A stretch of 64,000 bases of DNA from Candidatus Omnitrophota bacterium (GCA_043805415.1 JAZDHZ010000009.1:13973-77972), one strand, 5' to 3'. Counted from the first letter of the stretch, positions 1 through 10,184 are shown. Notes: generated from the letters alone by a model not told the origin. Numbers and translations are program-made.

Positions 1-301
1 GATTAATCTAGAGGATAATACAATTATCGTCGGTACGGAGGCAGAGCTTTATAATAAAGGCTGTGTGCTTAAACATACATATTTTGCTCATTCTGATTTT
101 AAAAAACCGAAATTTAATGCTTTGGTAAAAATCCGCTATCATCATAAACCAGCAGCAGCAAAAATAATTCATTTAGCGGATAATAGTTATCAGATTGAAT
201 TTCTAAAACCGCAAAAGTCAATTACCTTAGGCCAAGGTGCGGTTTTTTATGATCAGGACAAAGTAATGGGCGGGGGAATAATAGAGCAAATTTTATACTA
301 G
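1..301 (+). CDS. mnmA: tRNA-specific 2-thiouridylase MnmA, C-terminal fragment (5' end lies outside the window)
   Basis: Open frame from position 2 with no stop; C-terminal ...GQGAVFYDQDKVMGGGII matches the MnmA C-terminal beta-barrel domain. Confidence 0.6.
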   Translation, partial: INLEDNTIIVGTEAELYNKGCVLKHTYFAHSDFKKPKFNALVKIRYHHKPAAAKIIHLADNSYQIEFLKPQKSITLGQGAVFYDQDKVMGGGIIEQILY

Positions 302-573
302 AAATGCGATTTTTCTTTTACAACTGGTTTTTCGCCTTGAATAACAATACTATCTTTGGGTAAGGGCTTTACATTTTTCTTTGGCTGCCAGTATAATAAA
401 TCAAATTTCTTTTCATCTTTAATCCATTTGACTCTGTAGTATCCGCCTTTGAGCAGAGGGCATTCAAACTCAAAATTACTATTCATAAACCCGAAGATTA
501 GAATCCCCAGCAGTAAACTTCCGATAAATAATTTAAAAAACCCATTTATATCCATAGCTTTTCCTTGAGTCAA
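298..573 (-). CDS. hypothetical small membrane protein
   Basis: 91-aa ORF with one hydrophobic helix; no recognisable family. Confidence 0.3.
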   Translation of the reverse strand: MTQGKAMDINGFFKLFIGSLLLGILIFGFMNSNFEFECPLLKGGYYRVKWIKDEKKFDLLYWQPKKNVKPLPKDSIVIQGEKPVVKEKSHF

Positions 574-627
574 TTCGCACTATAACTTATGCCACCCTGA
601 GGATAGCATAAGTTAAGTGCTTATTTA

Positions 628-713
628 TGGTACCGAAGGTGGGATTCGAACCCACAAGGCCTTACGACCATCGGTTTTTGAGACCGACGTGTATGCCATT
701 CCACCACTTCGGC
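628..713 (-). tRNA. tRNA-Leu(CAA), type II with long variable arm
   Basis: Reverse complement GCCGAAGTGGTGGAATGGCA...GGTCTCAAAAACC...GGGTTCGAATCCCACCTTCGGTACCA. Anticodon loop CTCAAAA gives anticodon CAA; T-loop GGTTCGAATCC; CCA encoded. Confidence 0.85.
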
Positions 714-752
714 ATTATATTATCGAGACAAACCGCGAATATTTGGGTATTA

Positions 753-1268
753 TTATCGGTTCAAAGGAATCTGCAACCGATTAAAAATTTGCTTAGAACG
801 TGGAGCGCCCAAAACAATAGACCATATTATACCTTCTTTTAAACTGCTTTTCAAGTGTAAGGTTTGTTTTTGTCTAAGATTTGAGACAACCGCTGGGATC
901 GAGGGTAATCCTTGTTCTGGTTCTGGGACTTCTTCTAAACCATCAGGCCCCAAAGTTATTTTAATTGAATCAGCAATAAGCTGTTTTTTCTTATTATTTT
1001 GCAAGCGCTTTTTTTTCATATCCAGTTTTTCATCATAATATGATTTTTTAAATTCCCCAAACAAAGCCGGGCTTGGCTGATCAGAAAAAGCGTCTTGTCT
1101 TTCGGGTTGCTGTTCTAGCCTGAGTATAGGCCGCAGTTTATTAGACCGCAGCGGCGTTTTTGGCAAGTTGGGTTTTTGTTCTTGCCTTTGTTCTTGCTTT
1201 TTAGCACTAGAAAGCACCCATACTATCCCGATTATAATATAGAAAATTAATTTAAATAATCCATCCAT
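753..1268 (-). CDS. hypothetical protein, N-terminal TM helix then low-complexity K/Q/E-rich region
   Basis: 171-aa ORF downstream of floA on the same strand; no family recognised. Confidence 0.35.
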   Translation of the reverse strand: MDGLFKLIFYIIIGIVWVLSSAKKQEQRQEQKPNLPKTPLRSNKLRPILRLEQQPERQDAFSDQPSPALFGEFKKSYYDEKLDMKKKRLQNNKKKQLIADSIKITLGPDGLEEVPEPEQGLPSIPAVVSNLRQKQTLHLKSSLKEGIIWSIVLGAPRSKQIFNRLQIPLNR

Positions 1269-1285
1269 AGTTATTTACCAGTGTA

Positions 1286-2272
1286 TTATTCGTTATTTTT
1301 AGCGTCTTTTTTATCATCCATGCCGCCGATTTTCTCGCGCATTGAGGTATCAGCTTGAATATTCTTAATATTATAGTAATCCATAACCCCTAATTTTCCA
1401 TCACGAAATGCCTGGGCGATTGCTTTTGGAATCTCGGATTCAGCTTCCACGACTTTAGCCCGCATTTCCTGAGTGCGCGCGCTCATTTCCTGTTCTTGAG
1501 CAACAGCCATTGCTCTGCGGGTTTCGGCTTTTGCCTGGGCAACTTTTAAATCCGCTTCAGCCTGGTCAGTCTGCAGTTTTGCCCCGACGTTTCTTCCGAC
1601 ATCAACATCAGCAATATCAATAGAGAGAATTTCAAAAGCTGTGCCGGCATCAAGCCCGCGTTCAAGCACGTTTTTCGAGATTTTATCCGGATTTTCCAGA
1701 ACCGCTTTATATGTAAGAGCTGAACCAATGGTGGTTACAATTCCTTCGCCAACTCGGGCAACTATTGTCTCTTCAGTGGCACCACCGACCAAACGCTCAA
1801 TATTTGCCCGAACAGTAACTCTGGCTCTGGCTCTGACTTCAATTCCGTCTTTAGCAACAGCCGAGAGCAGTCCGGTTTTAGGGCAATCAATAACTTTAGG
1901 ATTAACTGATGTTCTTACAGCATCTAATACATCTCTGCCGGCTAAGTCAATGGCGCAGGCTTTTTCAAATTTAAGTCCCAGGTTTGCTTTATCCGCGGAG
2001 ATCAAGGCTTTTACTACTTTCAGCACATCGCCGCCAGCAAGATAATGCGCTTCCAAGGCATCAGAATTAACTGAAAGCCCGGCTTTGTGCACCATGATAA
2101 TCGAAGGGACGATAACAAAAGGATCGACTTTTCTTAAGCGCATGCCAATCAGGCTAAACAAGGATGTTTTAACCCCGGAAGCAATGGCTGATACCCATAG
2201 ACGGAATGGGATAAAATAAGCGAATAATCCAAAAAAACCGGCAAATAAAATAATCATAATGAACAGCGGCAT
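1286..2272 (-). CDS. floA: flotillin-like protein FloA (SPFH/band-7, UPF0365/YqfA family)
   Basis: N-terminal TM hairpin, SPFH domain, Ala/Glu-rich coiled coil; near full-length similarity to B. subtilis FloA (YqfA). Confidence 0.9.
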   Translation of the reverse strand: MPLFIMIILFAGFFGLFAYFIPFRLWVSAIASGVKTSLFSLIGMRLRKVDPFVIVPSIIMVHKAGLSVNSDALEAHYLAGGDVLKVVKALISADKANLGLKFEKACAIDLAGRDVLDAVRTSVNPKVIDCPKTGLLSAVAKDGIEVRARARVTVRANIERLVGGATEETIVARVGEGIVTTIGSALTYKAVLENPDKISKNVLERGLDAGTAFEILSIDIADVDVGRNVGAKLQTDQAEADLKVAQAKAETRRAMAVAQEQEMSARTQEMRAKVVEAESEIPKAIAQAFRDGKLGVMDYYNIKNIQADTSMREKIGGMDDKKDAKNNE

Positions 2273-2297
2273 AATAACCCCCTTTATTAGTTATGGT

Positions 2298-2786
2298 TTA
2301 AGTTTTTTGTTTTATTTCTTGGACAACGATTTTATTGTCATCAACATTAAGCACAATAATATTTTTATTTTTTTCGATAAATTCACAATCGCTTATAGCA
2401 TCATAATGTTTATCATCAATTATAATAGTTCCGCTGGGCCGGAGCATGGTTAAAGTAATGCCGGTTTTATTTTTCAGTTGCGCTGTATCATCAGAGCCGA
2501 CATGATAACCTTGACTTTTGCCTTCACTGTGCGAAAGCATGGTTTTTTTCCAAAAACCCGATTTAGGCAGAAGCTTGAACAAAGTAATAAACAGCACAAT
2601 GCTAATCAGGCATACCACGACTCCGATTAGCGGGCTTAAGCTGGTAAAAGCCGTATAACCCGCCGCGATTAAAGCCATAATTCCCAGTATGCCCGGCAAG
2701 CCAAAACCAGGAATAATGGCTACTTCAATAAAAAGCAAAATAAATCCAATAACAAATAACGTGATAATATTAAGCCAAATCGGCAT
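2298..2786 (-). CDS. NfeD-like short protein (membrane anchor plus C-terminal OB-fold)
   Basis: 162 aa, three N-terminal TM helices, C-terminal NfeD beta-barrel; overlaps the upstream nfeD stop by 17 nt, typical of nfeD-floA operons. Confidence 0.7.
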   Translation of the reverse strand: MPIWLNIITLFVIGFILLFIEVAIIPGFGLPGILGIMALIAAGYTAFTSLSPLIGVVVCLISIVLFITLFKLLPKSGFWKKTMLSHSEGKSQGYHVGSDDTAQLKNKTGITLTMLRPSGTIIIDDKHYDAISDCEFIEKNKNIIVLNVDDNKIVVQEIKQKT

Positions 2787-4308
2787 TTATCGTCTCCTTT
2801 TTTTGCTCCACAAAAACCTTGTTGCCTTGGATTCTAACCACAATGATTGGTTTATCTTTAGGAATAAACTCGCCTTGAGTGGTAACGTCAATGCTGTCCT
2901 GATCAAATAAAGCCCTACCGCTAGGCCGGAGCATTGTTTTGGATATGCCTATTGTACCAATACTAATTTTTTCTGGCAAGGATTTTGTCTGAAATCCCAA
3001 CTCATTTGTTTCTCTTGCCAGTAATTGAATTTTTTTAAAGATACTTGTTTTAGGCAAATACCTGATTCCAATTATTGCTACGAAAAAGGTGATGATAAAA
3101 GCTTTAGCCAAAGTATAAAACGCGTTAGAAAATTCAAGTGAAGGGAAGACAAAGGGATGTTTTACCAGCATAAGCACAAGGCCGATAAATATAAACAATA
3201 TCCCGAGAATCCCTGTGAGTCCAAAACCCGGAATATAAAAAACTTCAATAAATAGTAAAACTATTCCCAGGCTGAAAATTCCCATATCAACAAAATCAGC
3301 TAGTCCGACAAGATAGTGACCCCAAAAAAACAAGACAATAAAAATTGCTCCCAGCGTACCGCTGACGCCCCAGCCCGGCATTTTCAGCTCAAATAAAAGG
3401 CCTAAAAACCCTAAGCTTAAAAGCAATGGACTGATGATCGGATGAGTTAAAAACCGGACGAGATTTTCCGACCAAGTCGGATTAACGGTAAATATCTCAA
3501 GCTGAATATTTTTATTATCAGAGAGTTTTGTTTTTAAATATTTAAAAAAATCCTCCTGGGAAGCTAATGTTTGACTGCTTAGTTTTAGTTCAAGCGCTTC
3601 ATTGGCCGTAAGGTTTAAAAGTTCTTTTTTAGCGCAGATGATTTTTTCATTTAAAATCTGGGTTTTGGGATTTTTTGCTTTTAATTCATCAAGTTCAGCG
3701 CGGGTAAGGATAAGCGTCTGATTATTAAACTCAACCCGCACCAGTTCAATATTCATATCAACCATTGCTTGGGCAAGATTAGGTGAATGTCCATTTGCTT
3801 CGGCAGTTGACTTGAATCCGGCACGCAGAGCAGATATAAGTTTTTCATCAGTAGCTTCCGGACTGGTCGGAATTCCCATAATTCTTGGTTCAGCTGAACC
3901 AATCGATGCCCCGGATTGCATGGTGATATCTTTACAGGCTAAAGCAATCAAGGCTCCCGCGCTCCAGGCCGAATGACTGATATAAGCAAATGTAGGAATA
4001 GGCGCAAAATTAGCAATAGTAGTAACCATTTCATCAGCAGCATCAACTCGGCCGCCGTAAGTGTTAATATCTAAAACAACCGCATCAACTTCTTTTTCTT
4101 TAGCTTGTACAGCCGCGCGTTTTACAAAAGCAGAAAGCCCTAGATCAATTGTTCCGGAAATGGGAATAAGATAAATCCTTTTTTGCTGGATTGATATTTT
4201 TTCCTGTTCAGGCGGATTAGAAGCAGCTTGGGTTAATGAATATGCTAGGCAGCTAAAGCCGAGGATTACGCTTATTAAAAGACAAAGGATTAAGATGTTT
4301 TTTTTCAT
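2770..4308 (-). CDS. membrane-bound ClpP-class serine protease NfeD (long form)
   Basis: Signal peptide, ClpP/SppA-like domain (GTIDLGLSAF...HSAWSAGALIAL), multi-TM region, C-terminal NfeD OB domain. Start set at internal ATG (MKKNILIL) because the longer ORF overlaps tRNA-Ala; AGGAG-like RBS precedes it. Confidence 0.8.
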   Translation of the reverse strand: MKKNILILCLLISVILGFSCLAYSLTQAASNPPEQEKISIQQKRIYLIPISGTIDLGLSAFVKRAAVQAKEKEVDAVVLDINTYGGRVDAADEMVTTIANFAPIPTFAYISHSAWSAGALIALACKDITMQSGASIGSAEPRIMGIPTSPEATDEKLISALRAGFKSTAEANGHSPNLAQAMVDMNIELVRVEFNNQTLILTRAELDELKAKNPKTQILNEKIICAKKELLNLTANEALELKLSSQTLASQEDFFKYLKTKLSDNKNIQLEIFTVNPTWSENLVRFLTHPIISPLLLSLGFLGLLFELKMPGWGVSGTLGAIFIVLFFWGHYLVGLADFVDMGIFSLGIVLLFIEVFYIPGFGLTGILGILFIFIGLVLMLVKHPFVFPSLEFSNAFYTLAKAFIITFFVAIIGIRYLPKTSIFKKIQLLARETNELGFQTKSLPEKISIGTIGISKTMLRPSGRALFDQDSIDVTTQGEFIPKDKPIIVVRIQGNKVFVEQKKETINADLA

Positions 4309-4349
4309 GCTCGCTCCTTTATATGTATATGCATATTTAAGAGTAAATT

Positions 4350-4425
4350 TGGTGGAGCTGGAGGGATTCGAACCCTCGACCAACAGACTGCCAGTCTGCT
4401 ACGCTCCCAGCTGCGCTACAGCCCC
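4350..4425 (-). tRNA. tRNA-Ala(GGC)
   Basis: Reverse complement GGGGCTGTAGCGCAGCTGGGAGCGTAGCAGACTGGCAGTCTG...GGTTCGAATCCCTCCAGCTCCACCA. Anticodon GGC; G3:U70 Ala identity pair present. Confidence 0.85.
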
Positions 4426-4649
4426 ACAAAATCTTTATAACTATAAAACGCGAATAATTATTTCTTTAAAACTGTTCAAAGTTTAACAAAAATAAGCTTT
4501 GCTGTCAATTGTCTTATATAATTGGATAATTTGCTTTTGGTTTATTGTCCAAAAATCACCTTGCTCAAAAACCCCAGCCTATGTTAAAATAAATAACACT
4601 ATTATTTTGATTAATAAACTAATATTCGATTAGAAGGGATATTTTGCTA

Positions 4650-7121
4650 ATGAGTAATTATGATTTTACGAAAATAGAAGATAAATGGCAGACTTATTGG
4701 CAGGAAAACAATGTTTTTTCCTCTTTAGTTGATGAACATAAACCAAAATACTATGTTCTGGAAATGTTTCCTTATCCATCCGGACGGATTCATATGGGCC
4801 ATGTGCGCAATTATACAATTGGCGATGTGATTGCCCGCTATCGCATGCAGGCCGGGTATAATGTGCTGCATCCGATTGGGTTTGATGCTTTTGGTCAGCC
4901 CGCGGAAAACGCGGCGATAAAACATAATACTGATCCTAAAGAGTGGACGGAAAAATGCATTAGCTGGATGGTCAAAGAATTAAAGCGCATGGGTTTTTCT
5001 TATGATTGGCAGCGGGAACTTTCTACTCACCGCGAAGAGTATTATCGCTGGAACCAGTGGATTTTTCTTAAGATGCTGGAAAAAGGTTTGGCCTATAAAA
5101 AAGCTTCCAGTGTTAACTGGTGTTCATCCTGTGAAACAACTTTGGCTAATGAAGAAGTGGTTAATGGCGGGTGCTGGCGCTGTAAAACCGAGATTATTCA
5201 AAAAGATTTGAATCAGTGGTATTTAAAAATCACTGATTTTCAGAATGATTTGCTGGAAGATCTGCAAAAGCTGGAAAACTGGCCGGAACGGGTAATTACC
5301 ATGCAGAAAAACTGGATTGGTAAAAGCTTTGGCGTGGAAATTTTATTCAAAGAATTTGAGACAAAAAAAGAAATACCGGTTTTTACCACGCGGCAGGATA
5401 CAATCTTCGGCGCTACCTATGTGGTGGTTGCTCCAGAACATCCGATATTAAAGCAAATCATTAAAGGCAAGCAGCAGGAACAGCAAGTCTTGGATTTTAT
5501 TGAAACTACAAGCAAAAAAAGTAAAGTTATTCGCGTTTCCACTGATTTAAAAAAAGAAGGCGTGTTTACCGGAGCTTACGCGATCAATCCGGTTAATAAT
5601 GAAAAAATTCCGATCTGGACGGCTGACTATGTATTAATGGAATACGGCACTGGCGCGATAATGGCTGTGCCCACGCATGATCAGCGCGATTTTTTATTTG
5701 CCAAAGATCATGATCTTCCAATGCGGATAGTTATCAGTAATCCGGAAAACCCGGAGCTTACTGCGCCTGATTTAAATCAGGCTTATGAAGATCCGGGGAT
5801 ATTGGTTAATTCCGCGCAGTTTAATGGCTTGGACAATGAAGCGGCCAAAGCGAAAATCTCCGATTGGATGGAGCAAGAGAAAATCGGCAAAAGAACAATA
5901 TTTTTTCGTTTGCGCGATTGGCTGATATCTCGGCAGCGCTATTGGGGAACTCCGATCCCTGTGATTTATTGCGATAAATGCGGTGTGGTGTCAGTGCCGG
6001 AAAAAGATCTGCCAGTTGCTTTGCCGGAGAAAATCGCGATTACCGGAGAAGGCGGCAGTCCTTTATTAAAAGTTAAAGAATTTGTTAATGTGAATTGTCC
6101 GAAATGCAATGCCCCGGCTCAGCGGGAAACCGATACCATGGCCACGTTTATTGATTCTTCCTGGTATTTTTTGCGTTTCTGTTCGCCGCGCAATGATCAG
6201 GCTGCTTTTGATAAAACCCAAGCTAATTACTGGATGCGGGTTGATCAGTATATTGGCGGTATTGAGCACGCGGTATTGCATTTGCTTTATTCCCGATTTT
6301 TCACCAAGTTTTTACACAGTATCGGCATGGTTGATTTTAAAGAGCCGTTTGATAAATTACTTACCCAGGGCATGGTGTTAAAAGACGGGGAAGTAATGTC
6401 TAAATCCAAAGGCAATGTTGTTGATCCGGATGAGATAATCAAACAATTTGGGGCAGATTCTTTGCGCGTGTGTATTTTGTTTGCCGCGCCGCCGGAAGCG
6501 GAATTTGACTGGAATGAACGCGGTATGGACGGAGCCTGGAGATTTTTAAACCGAGTTTGGAATTTAGCCCAAGACTTGATCGCTTTAAAGCAATCAGCGA
6601 CAAAACAACAAAGTTTATTTTTTGAAAAAGAAGTGGAATTTAAAACCCATAGCGCGATTAAAAAAATCAGTCATGAAATGCGGGGCGGGTTTAAATTTAA
6701 TACCGCGATTAGCGCGATGATGGAATTAACCAATACGCTTGTTCCGGCAATGAAACAAGCGCAGGAGGCAAATGTTCTAAGCCCTGTGCTGGAAGACGCG
6801 ATTACAAAACTAATTATTACGATCTCTCCGATTACTCCTCATATGTGCGAAGAAATCTGGCAAGCGCTGGGTAATGATACTTCAATTGTAAAAGCTGCTT
6901 GGCCAAAATTTGATCCCAAGAAATTAGAATTGGATCAGATTGAGATTGTGCTGCAAATCAATAGCAAAGTCCGCTCCCGACTGACTGTAGACGCAGCAAT
7001 TACTGAACAAGAGCTTAAGCTGAAAGCTGAACAGGATCCGGTAATTCAGAAATGGATTGAAGGAAAGCCGATTAAGAAAATTATTATAATTAAAGGAAAA
7101 CTAGTAAACATTATTATATAA
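4650..7121 (+). CDS. leuS: leucine--tRNA ligase
   Basis: HMGH motif ([19 protein letters not shown]), editing domain, KMSKS-type region (VMSKSKGN); ~820 aa. ATG at 4650 preferred over the upstream TTG. Confidence 0.95.
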   Translation: MSNYDFTKIEDKWQTYWQENNVFSSLVDEHKPKYYVLEMFPYPSGRIHMGHVRNYTIGDVIARYRMQAGYNVLHPIGFDAFGQPAENAAIKHNTDPKEWTEKCISWMVKELKRMGFSYDWQRELSTHREEYYRWNQWIFLKMLEKGLAYKKASSVNWCSSCETTLANEEVVNGGCWRCKTEIIQKDLNQWYLKITDFQNDLLEDLQKLENWPERVITMQKNWIGKSFGVEILFKEFETKKEIPVFTTRQDTIFGATYVVVAPEHPILKQIIKGKQQEQQVLDFIETTSKKSKVIRVSTDLKKEGVFTGAYAINPVNNEKIPIWTADYVLMEYGTGAIMAVPTHDQRDFLFAKDHDLPMRIVISNPENPELTAPDLNQAYEDPGILVNSAQFNGLDNEAAKAKISDWMEQEKIGKRTIFFRLRDWLISRQRYWGTPIPVIYCDKCGVVSVPEKDLPVALPEKIAITGEGGSPLLKVKEFVNVNCPKCNAPAQRETDTMATFIDSSWYFLRFCSPRNDQAAFDKTQANYWMRVDQYIGGIEHAVLHLLYSRFFTKFLHSIGMVDFKEPFDKLLTQGMVLKDGEVMSKSKGNVVDPDEIIKQFGADSLRVCILFAAPPEAEFDWNERGMDGAWRFLNRVWNLAQDLIALKQSATKQQSLFFEKEVEFKTHSAIKKISHEMRGGFKFNTAISAMMELTNTLVPAMKQAQEANVLSPVLEDAITKLIITISPITPHMCEEIWQALGNDTSIVKAAWPKFDPKKLELDQIEIVLQINSKVRSRLTVDAAITEQELKLKAEQDPVIQKWIEGKPIKKIIIIKGKLVNIII

Positions 7122-7318
7122 GGGGACACAATACTTAATTTATTTTTTTATGCAAGAAAATTATGACCAGCAAATAAGAAAGCATGTTAGGAAAGGCCGT
7201 GGCTGTCAGGTGGGGAACGGTTTGTGAAATAACTGAAAAATTCTTAATATTTACATGGTTAAATAAAAGCCAGGAAGAAAAAATATATTTAACAAATAAT
7301 TAAGTATTGTGTCCCCTT
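7120..7318. repeat. MITE-like element bounded by perfect 21-bp terminal inverted repeats (AAGGGGACACAATACTTAATT)
   Basis: Left arm 7120-7140, right arm 7298-7318 is the exact reverse complement; AT-rich 157-bp interior with no ORF; TA(T) on both flanks. Confidence 0.5.
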
Positions 7319-7348
7319 TATCCCGATATTTTTAAAAAGCTGGAAAAA

Positions 7349-7696
7349 ATGCATGATTCTGCTCTAGAAGAAAAAAAAGTAATTCTAGTTATCTTGGCTT
7401 TGCTGATTTTAGCAGTTTTGCTTGGCGGAATAAAACATTATTATCCGCAGACTGCTAATCCGCTTATTTATATCCAACCCAATGAGCTTTTATCAAAACA
7501 AGAATTGATCAGAATCAATATTGCTTCAAGCGCGGAGCTTGTAGAATTATCGGGAATTGGTCAAGTAATTGCCGAACGGATTATTGATTACCGCGAGCAT
7601 AATGGTCCTTTTAAATCTAAAAATGAATTACTGAAAGTTAAAGGAATCGGAATCAATAAGCTCGAAAAAATAAAAAATCAGATAAGTTTGGAATAG
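7349..7696 (+). CDS. comEA: ComEA-family DNA-binding protein (helix-hairpin-helix)
   Basis: N-terminal TM helix plus C-terminal HhH pair (INIASSAELVELSGIGQVIAERIIDYREHNGPFKSKNELLKVKGIG); start moved to ATG outside the inverted repeat. Confidence 0.75.
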   Translation: MHDSALEEKKVILVILALLILAVLLGGIKHYYPQTANPLIYIQPNELLSKQELIRINIASSAELVELSGIGQVIAERIIDYREHNGPFKSKNELLKVKGIGINKLEKIKNQISLE

Positions 7697-8008
7697 AAAA
7701 CCAATTTATAGCGTATAGCGGTTAGGAAAACAAAAACAGGGACACAAAAAGTCACCAGGACACAATGTCACAATCTAGTAGTGATTAGTTATGAGAGAGG
7801 AGCTTGTTACAGGCAAAAACACATCTTTTCGCTAAGCCTGAGCCTGCATCGTGCAGGCCCAGCCGCGCGTTCTCACTATTTTGACATCCCTGTCAAAATT
7901 ACGTTCGAAAGCGCCGCTCAAAGAGAATTTTTGCCAACACATTGACTATTGTGACGTTTTGCATTTGTACGCGATACGCACGACGCAATACTAAAAATAA
8001 GAAAAATC

Positions 8009-9517
8009 ATGCTTAAACGACCACTTATTTTAATTTGCCTAGCATTTATTTTCGGTATTTTCGCAAGCTCTATCGTTCAGCTTAATTTTTTATGCAGTTA
8101 TGGATGCTTGGTTTTTTTCTATTTGGCCGCAGTTTTGGCTGCGCGCAAGAAAGTTTTGTTTTTTGTTTTCCTTAGCTTAAGCTGTTTTTATCTTGGTTAC
8201 TCGCATTATCCTGATCAGCATACTCTTCCCCAAAATCACGTCAGCAATTTTACTCCTTATAAAGGTGAATTTGTTCAGGTGAGTGGCGCGGTCTTTTCGG
8301 AAGTGGCGCGGAAAAAAAAGTATCAGTGTTTTAATATTAAGATTTCTAAATTGATTAAAGATAACCAAATATATTTGGTCCAGGGGAATGTTCAGGTTAA
8401 ACTTTTTCGTGAGGTTGTAGTCGAATACGGACAAGAGCTAGTTTTAAGCGGCAAATTATATAAGCCTTATAAGTCTCTAAATAGTAAATTTGACTCTAAG
8501 CAGTATTTGGCTCATAAAGGAATATATTCTATTTTAAGTGTCGGTAAAAACGGAAAAGTTAAATACACTGGCCGAAATTTAGGTAATCCGCTTAAGCGCA
8601 TGATGTTGAGCTTGCGCCAGAAACAAGCGCAGCTGATTGATAGGCATCTTTCCCCTAATGCCGCGGGGATTATGAAAGCCATGCTTTTAGGCGAGCGCTC
8701 TAACGCGCCGCAGTTTTTTAATCAGGCACTTCAAAGAACCGGTACAGTGCATATTCTCGCGGTTTCCGGTCTGCATACCGGAATTATTATTTTTATTGTT
8801 TTAATCCTGCTTAAGATTATTAAAGTGCCGTATCGTCTCCGCTATTGCTTAGCGATATTATTCATATTTTTTTACTGTATTTTAACCGGAGGGAGGATAT
8901 CAGTAATTAGATCAACTATAATGGCTGTTGTTTTTTTAGCTAGTTTTATAATTGATCGCGATTATGATGCTTATAGTGCTTTAGCGCTTTCGGCACTGAT
9001 TATTTTATGGTTTATTCCTGGCCAAGCTTTTGAAATAGGCTTTCAGTTGTCATTTGCCAGTGTTTTGGCAATCATTTTGTTCTATAATCAAGCAGCATCT
9101 TGGTTCCCCAACCTGAACATTAAACCCTGGCAAAAAAATTTACTTTCCGGTTTAGGAGTTTCTTTGTGCGCCTGGACAGGAACTTTAGGATTAGTGGCTT
9201 ATTATTTTTCGATCATCAGCCCAATTTCCGTATTGGCAAATTTGTTTATCGTGCCTTTATTATCCTTGGTGATTGCCAGCGGACTGCTGTTTATTAGTCT
9301 CGGAGCTTTGATTCCCGGGCTTAGTCCTGTTCTGGCTTTAAATTGTGAGTTTTTTATTTCCTTGATTTATCGTATTGCTAATTTCCTGGCAAGCTTGCCA
9401 GGAGCATATTTTGAGTTTTCCCCGATCCAGCTAATTTATGTATTTTTATATTATCTGGTTTTAATCGCAGTGTTCTCGGCTAAGGAGATAAACGGTTTGG
9501 TTAAAAAGTTGTTTTAA
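8009..9517 (+). CDS. comEC: ComEC/Rec2 DNA internalisation channel (DUF4131 + competence domain, no metallo-beta-lactamase domain)
   Basis: Polytopic membrane protein with conserved competence-domain motif HILAVSGLHTG; 502 aa and ends before any MBL domain. Confidence 0.8.
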   Translation: MLKRPLILICLAFIFGIFASSIVQLNFLCSYGCLVFFYLAAVLAARKKVLFFVFLSLSCFYLGYSHYPDQHTLPQNHVSNFTPYKGEFVQVSGAVFSEVARKKKYQCFNIKISKLIKDNQIYLVQGNVQVKLFREVVVEYGQELVLSGKLYKPYKSLNSKFDSKQYLAHKGIYSILSVGKNGKVKYTGRNLGNPLKRMMLSLRQKQAQLIDRHLSPNAAGIMKAMLLGERSNAPQFFNQALQRTGTVHILAVSGLHTGIIIFIVLILLKIIKVPYRLRYCLAILFIFFYCILTGGRISVIRSTIMAVVFLASFIIDRDYDAYSALALSALIILWFIPGQAFEIGFQLSFASVLAIILFYNQAASWFPNLNIKPWQKNLLSGLGVSLCAWTGTLGLVAYYFSIISPISVLANLFIVPLLSLVIASGLLFISLGALIPGLSPVLALNCEFFISLIYRIANFLASLPGAYFEFSPIQLIYVFLYYLVLIAVFSAKEINGLVKKLF

Positions 9518-9619
9518 GCGGGTTTTTCCCGGATAAGCAGGTTTTACGGGCTGGGATATAACTGGTTTGACAACCATAGTTTGTTGATATATAATATCAA
9601 GTTCAAGTATGGGGTGGAA

Positions 9620-10177
9620 ATGATTATGGAAAAAATTATATTTATCGACAGAGACGGGGTTATTAACCGTGGGAAAGATAATGGTTATATTACCTGTTGG
9701 GAAGAATTTGAGTTTCTGCCCGGAGTTTTTGGAGCACTTAAAAAACTTACTCAAGCTGATTTTAAAATAATCATTATTTCTAATCAGCAAGGCGTTGGCA
9801 AAAGGTTGTTTTCTACGCAAAGTTTAGCTGATTTGACTGAGCGGATGCTGGAGCGGATTAAGCGCAATGAAGGAAAGATTTGGTCAATTCACTATTGTAC
9901 GCACCTTGCTGAAGATAATTGTGCTTGCCGCAAACCAAAACAGGGTTTGTTTAGACAGGCAGTAGTGAGAATGATGGTGGATTTTAGCCAGACATATATG
10001 ATTGGTGATACGGAAAAAGATGTGCAAGCAGCTAAGAATATGGGGCTAAAGACGATTCTTGTGCTTAGCGGTAATACTAAGAAAAAAGAAGCAGTAGGCA
10101 ATTTTGTATATCGGCCGGATTTTATCGCGGAAGATTTAGCCGCGGCGGTTGATGATATAGTATTAAAAACGGAGTGA
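9620..10177 (+). CDS. gmhB: D-glycero-D-manno-heptose-1,7-bisphosphate 7-phosphatase-like HAD hydrolase
   Basis: DRDGVIN HAD motif I and CxCRKP zinc motif; GGGGTGG RBS before ATG 9620. Confidence 0.7.
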   Translation: MIMEKIIFIDRDGVINRGKDNGYITCWEEFEFLPGVFGALKKLTQADFKIIIISNQQGVGKRLFSTQSLADLTERMLERIKRNEGKIWSIHYCTHLAEDNCACRKPKQGLFRQAVVRMMVDFSQTYMIGDTEKDVQAAKNMGLKTILVLSGNTKKKEAVGNFVYRPDFIAEDLAAAVDDIVLKTE

Positions 10178-10184
10178 TAATATT

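Noticed and set aside
627-842. 71-aa ORF on + strand
   Set aside because: It overlaps tRNA-Leu(CAA) on the opposite strand and its translation is low-complexity. Spurious.
1641-2045. 134-aa antisense ORF inside floA (and similar antisense ORFs, e.g. 21198-21641, 28101-28544, 46595-47065, 19137-19598, 58708-59066)
   Set aside because: These are fully nested within well-supported genes on the opposite strand or in another frame. Their compositions are typical of frame-shifted translation of K/E-rich or A-rich coding sequence.
4295-4486. 63-aa ORF on + strand, and the N-terminal extension MVEGSNPSS of the nfeD ORF
   Set aside because: Both overlap tRNA-Ala(GGC) at 4350-4425. The nfeD start was moved to internal ATG 4308, which has its own RBS.
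4440-4649. Possible T-box leader upstream of leuS
   Set aside because: No T-box consensus (AGGGTGGNACCGCG) or specifier/antiterminator architecture is visible. Only an ordinary promoter-like TTGCTC-18-TAAAAT is present.
7307-7348. Longer comEA start (MCPLYPDIFKKLEK…)
   Set aside because: The first ATG lies inside the right terminal inverted repeat of the MITE-like element. The downstream ATG at 7349 was preferred, though the longer form cannot be excluded.
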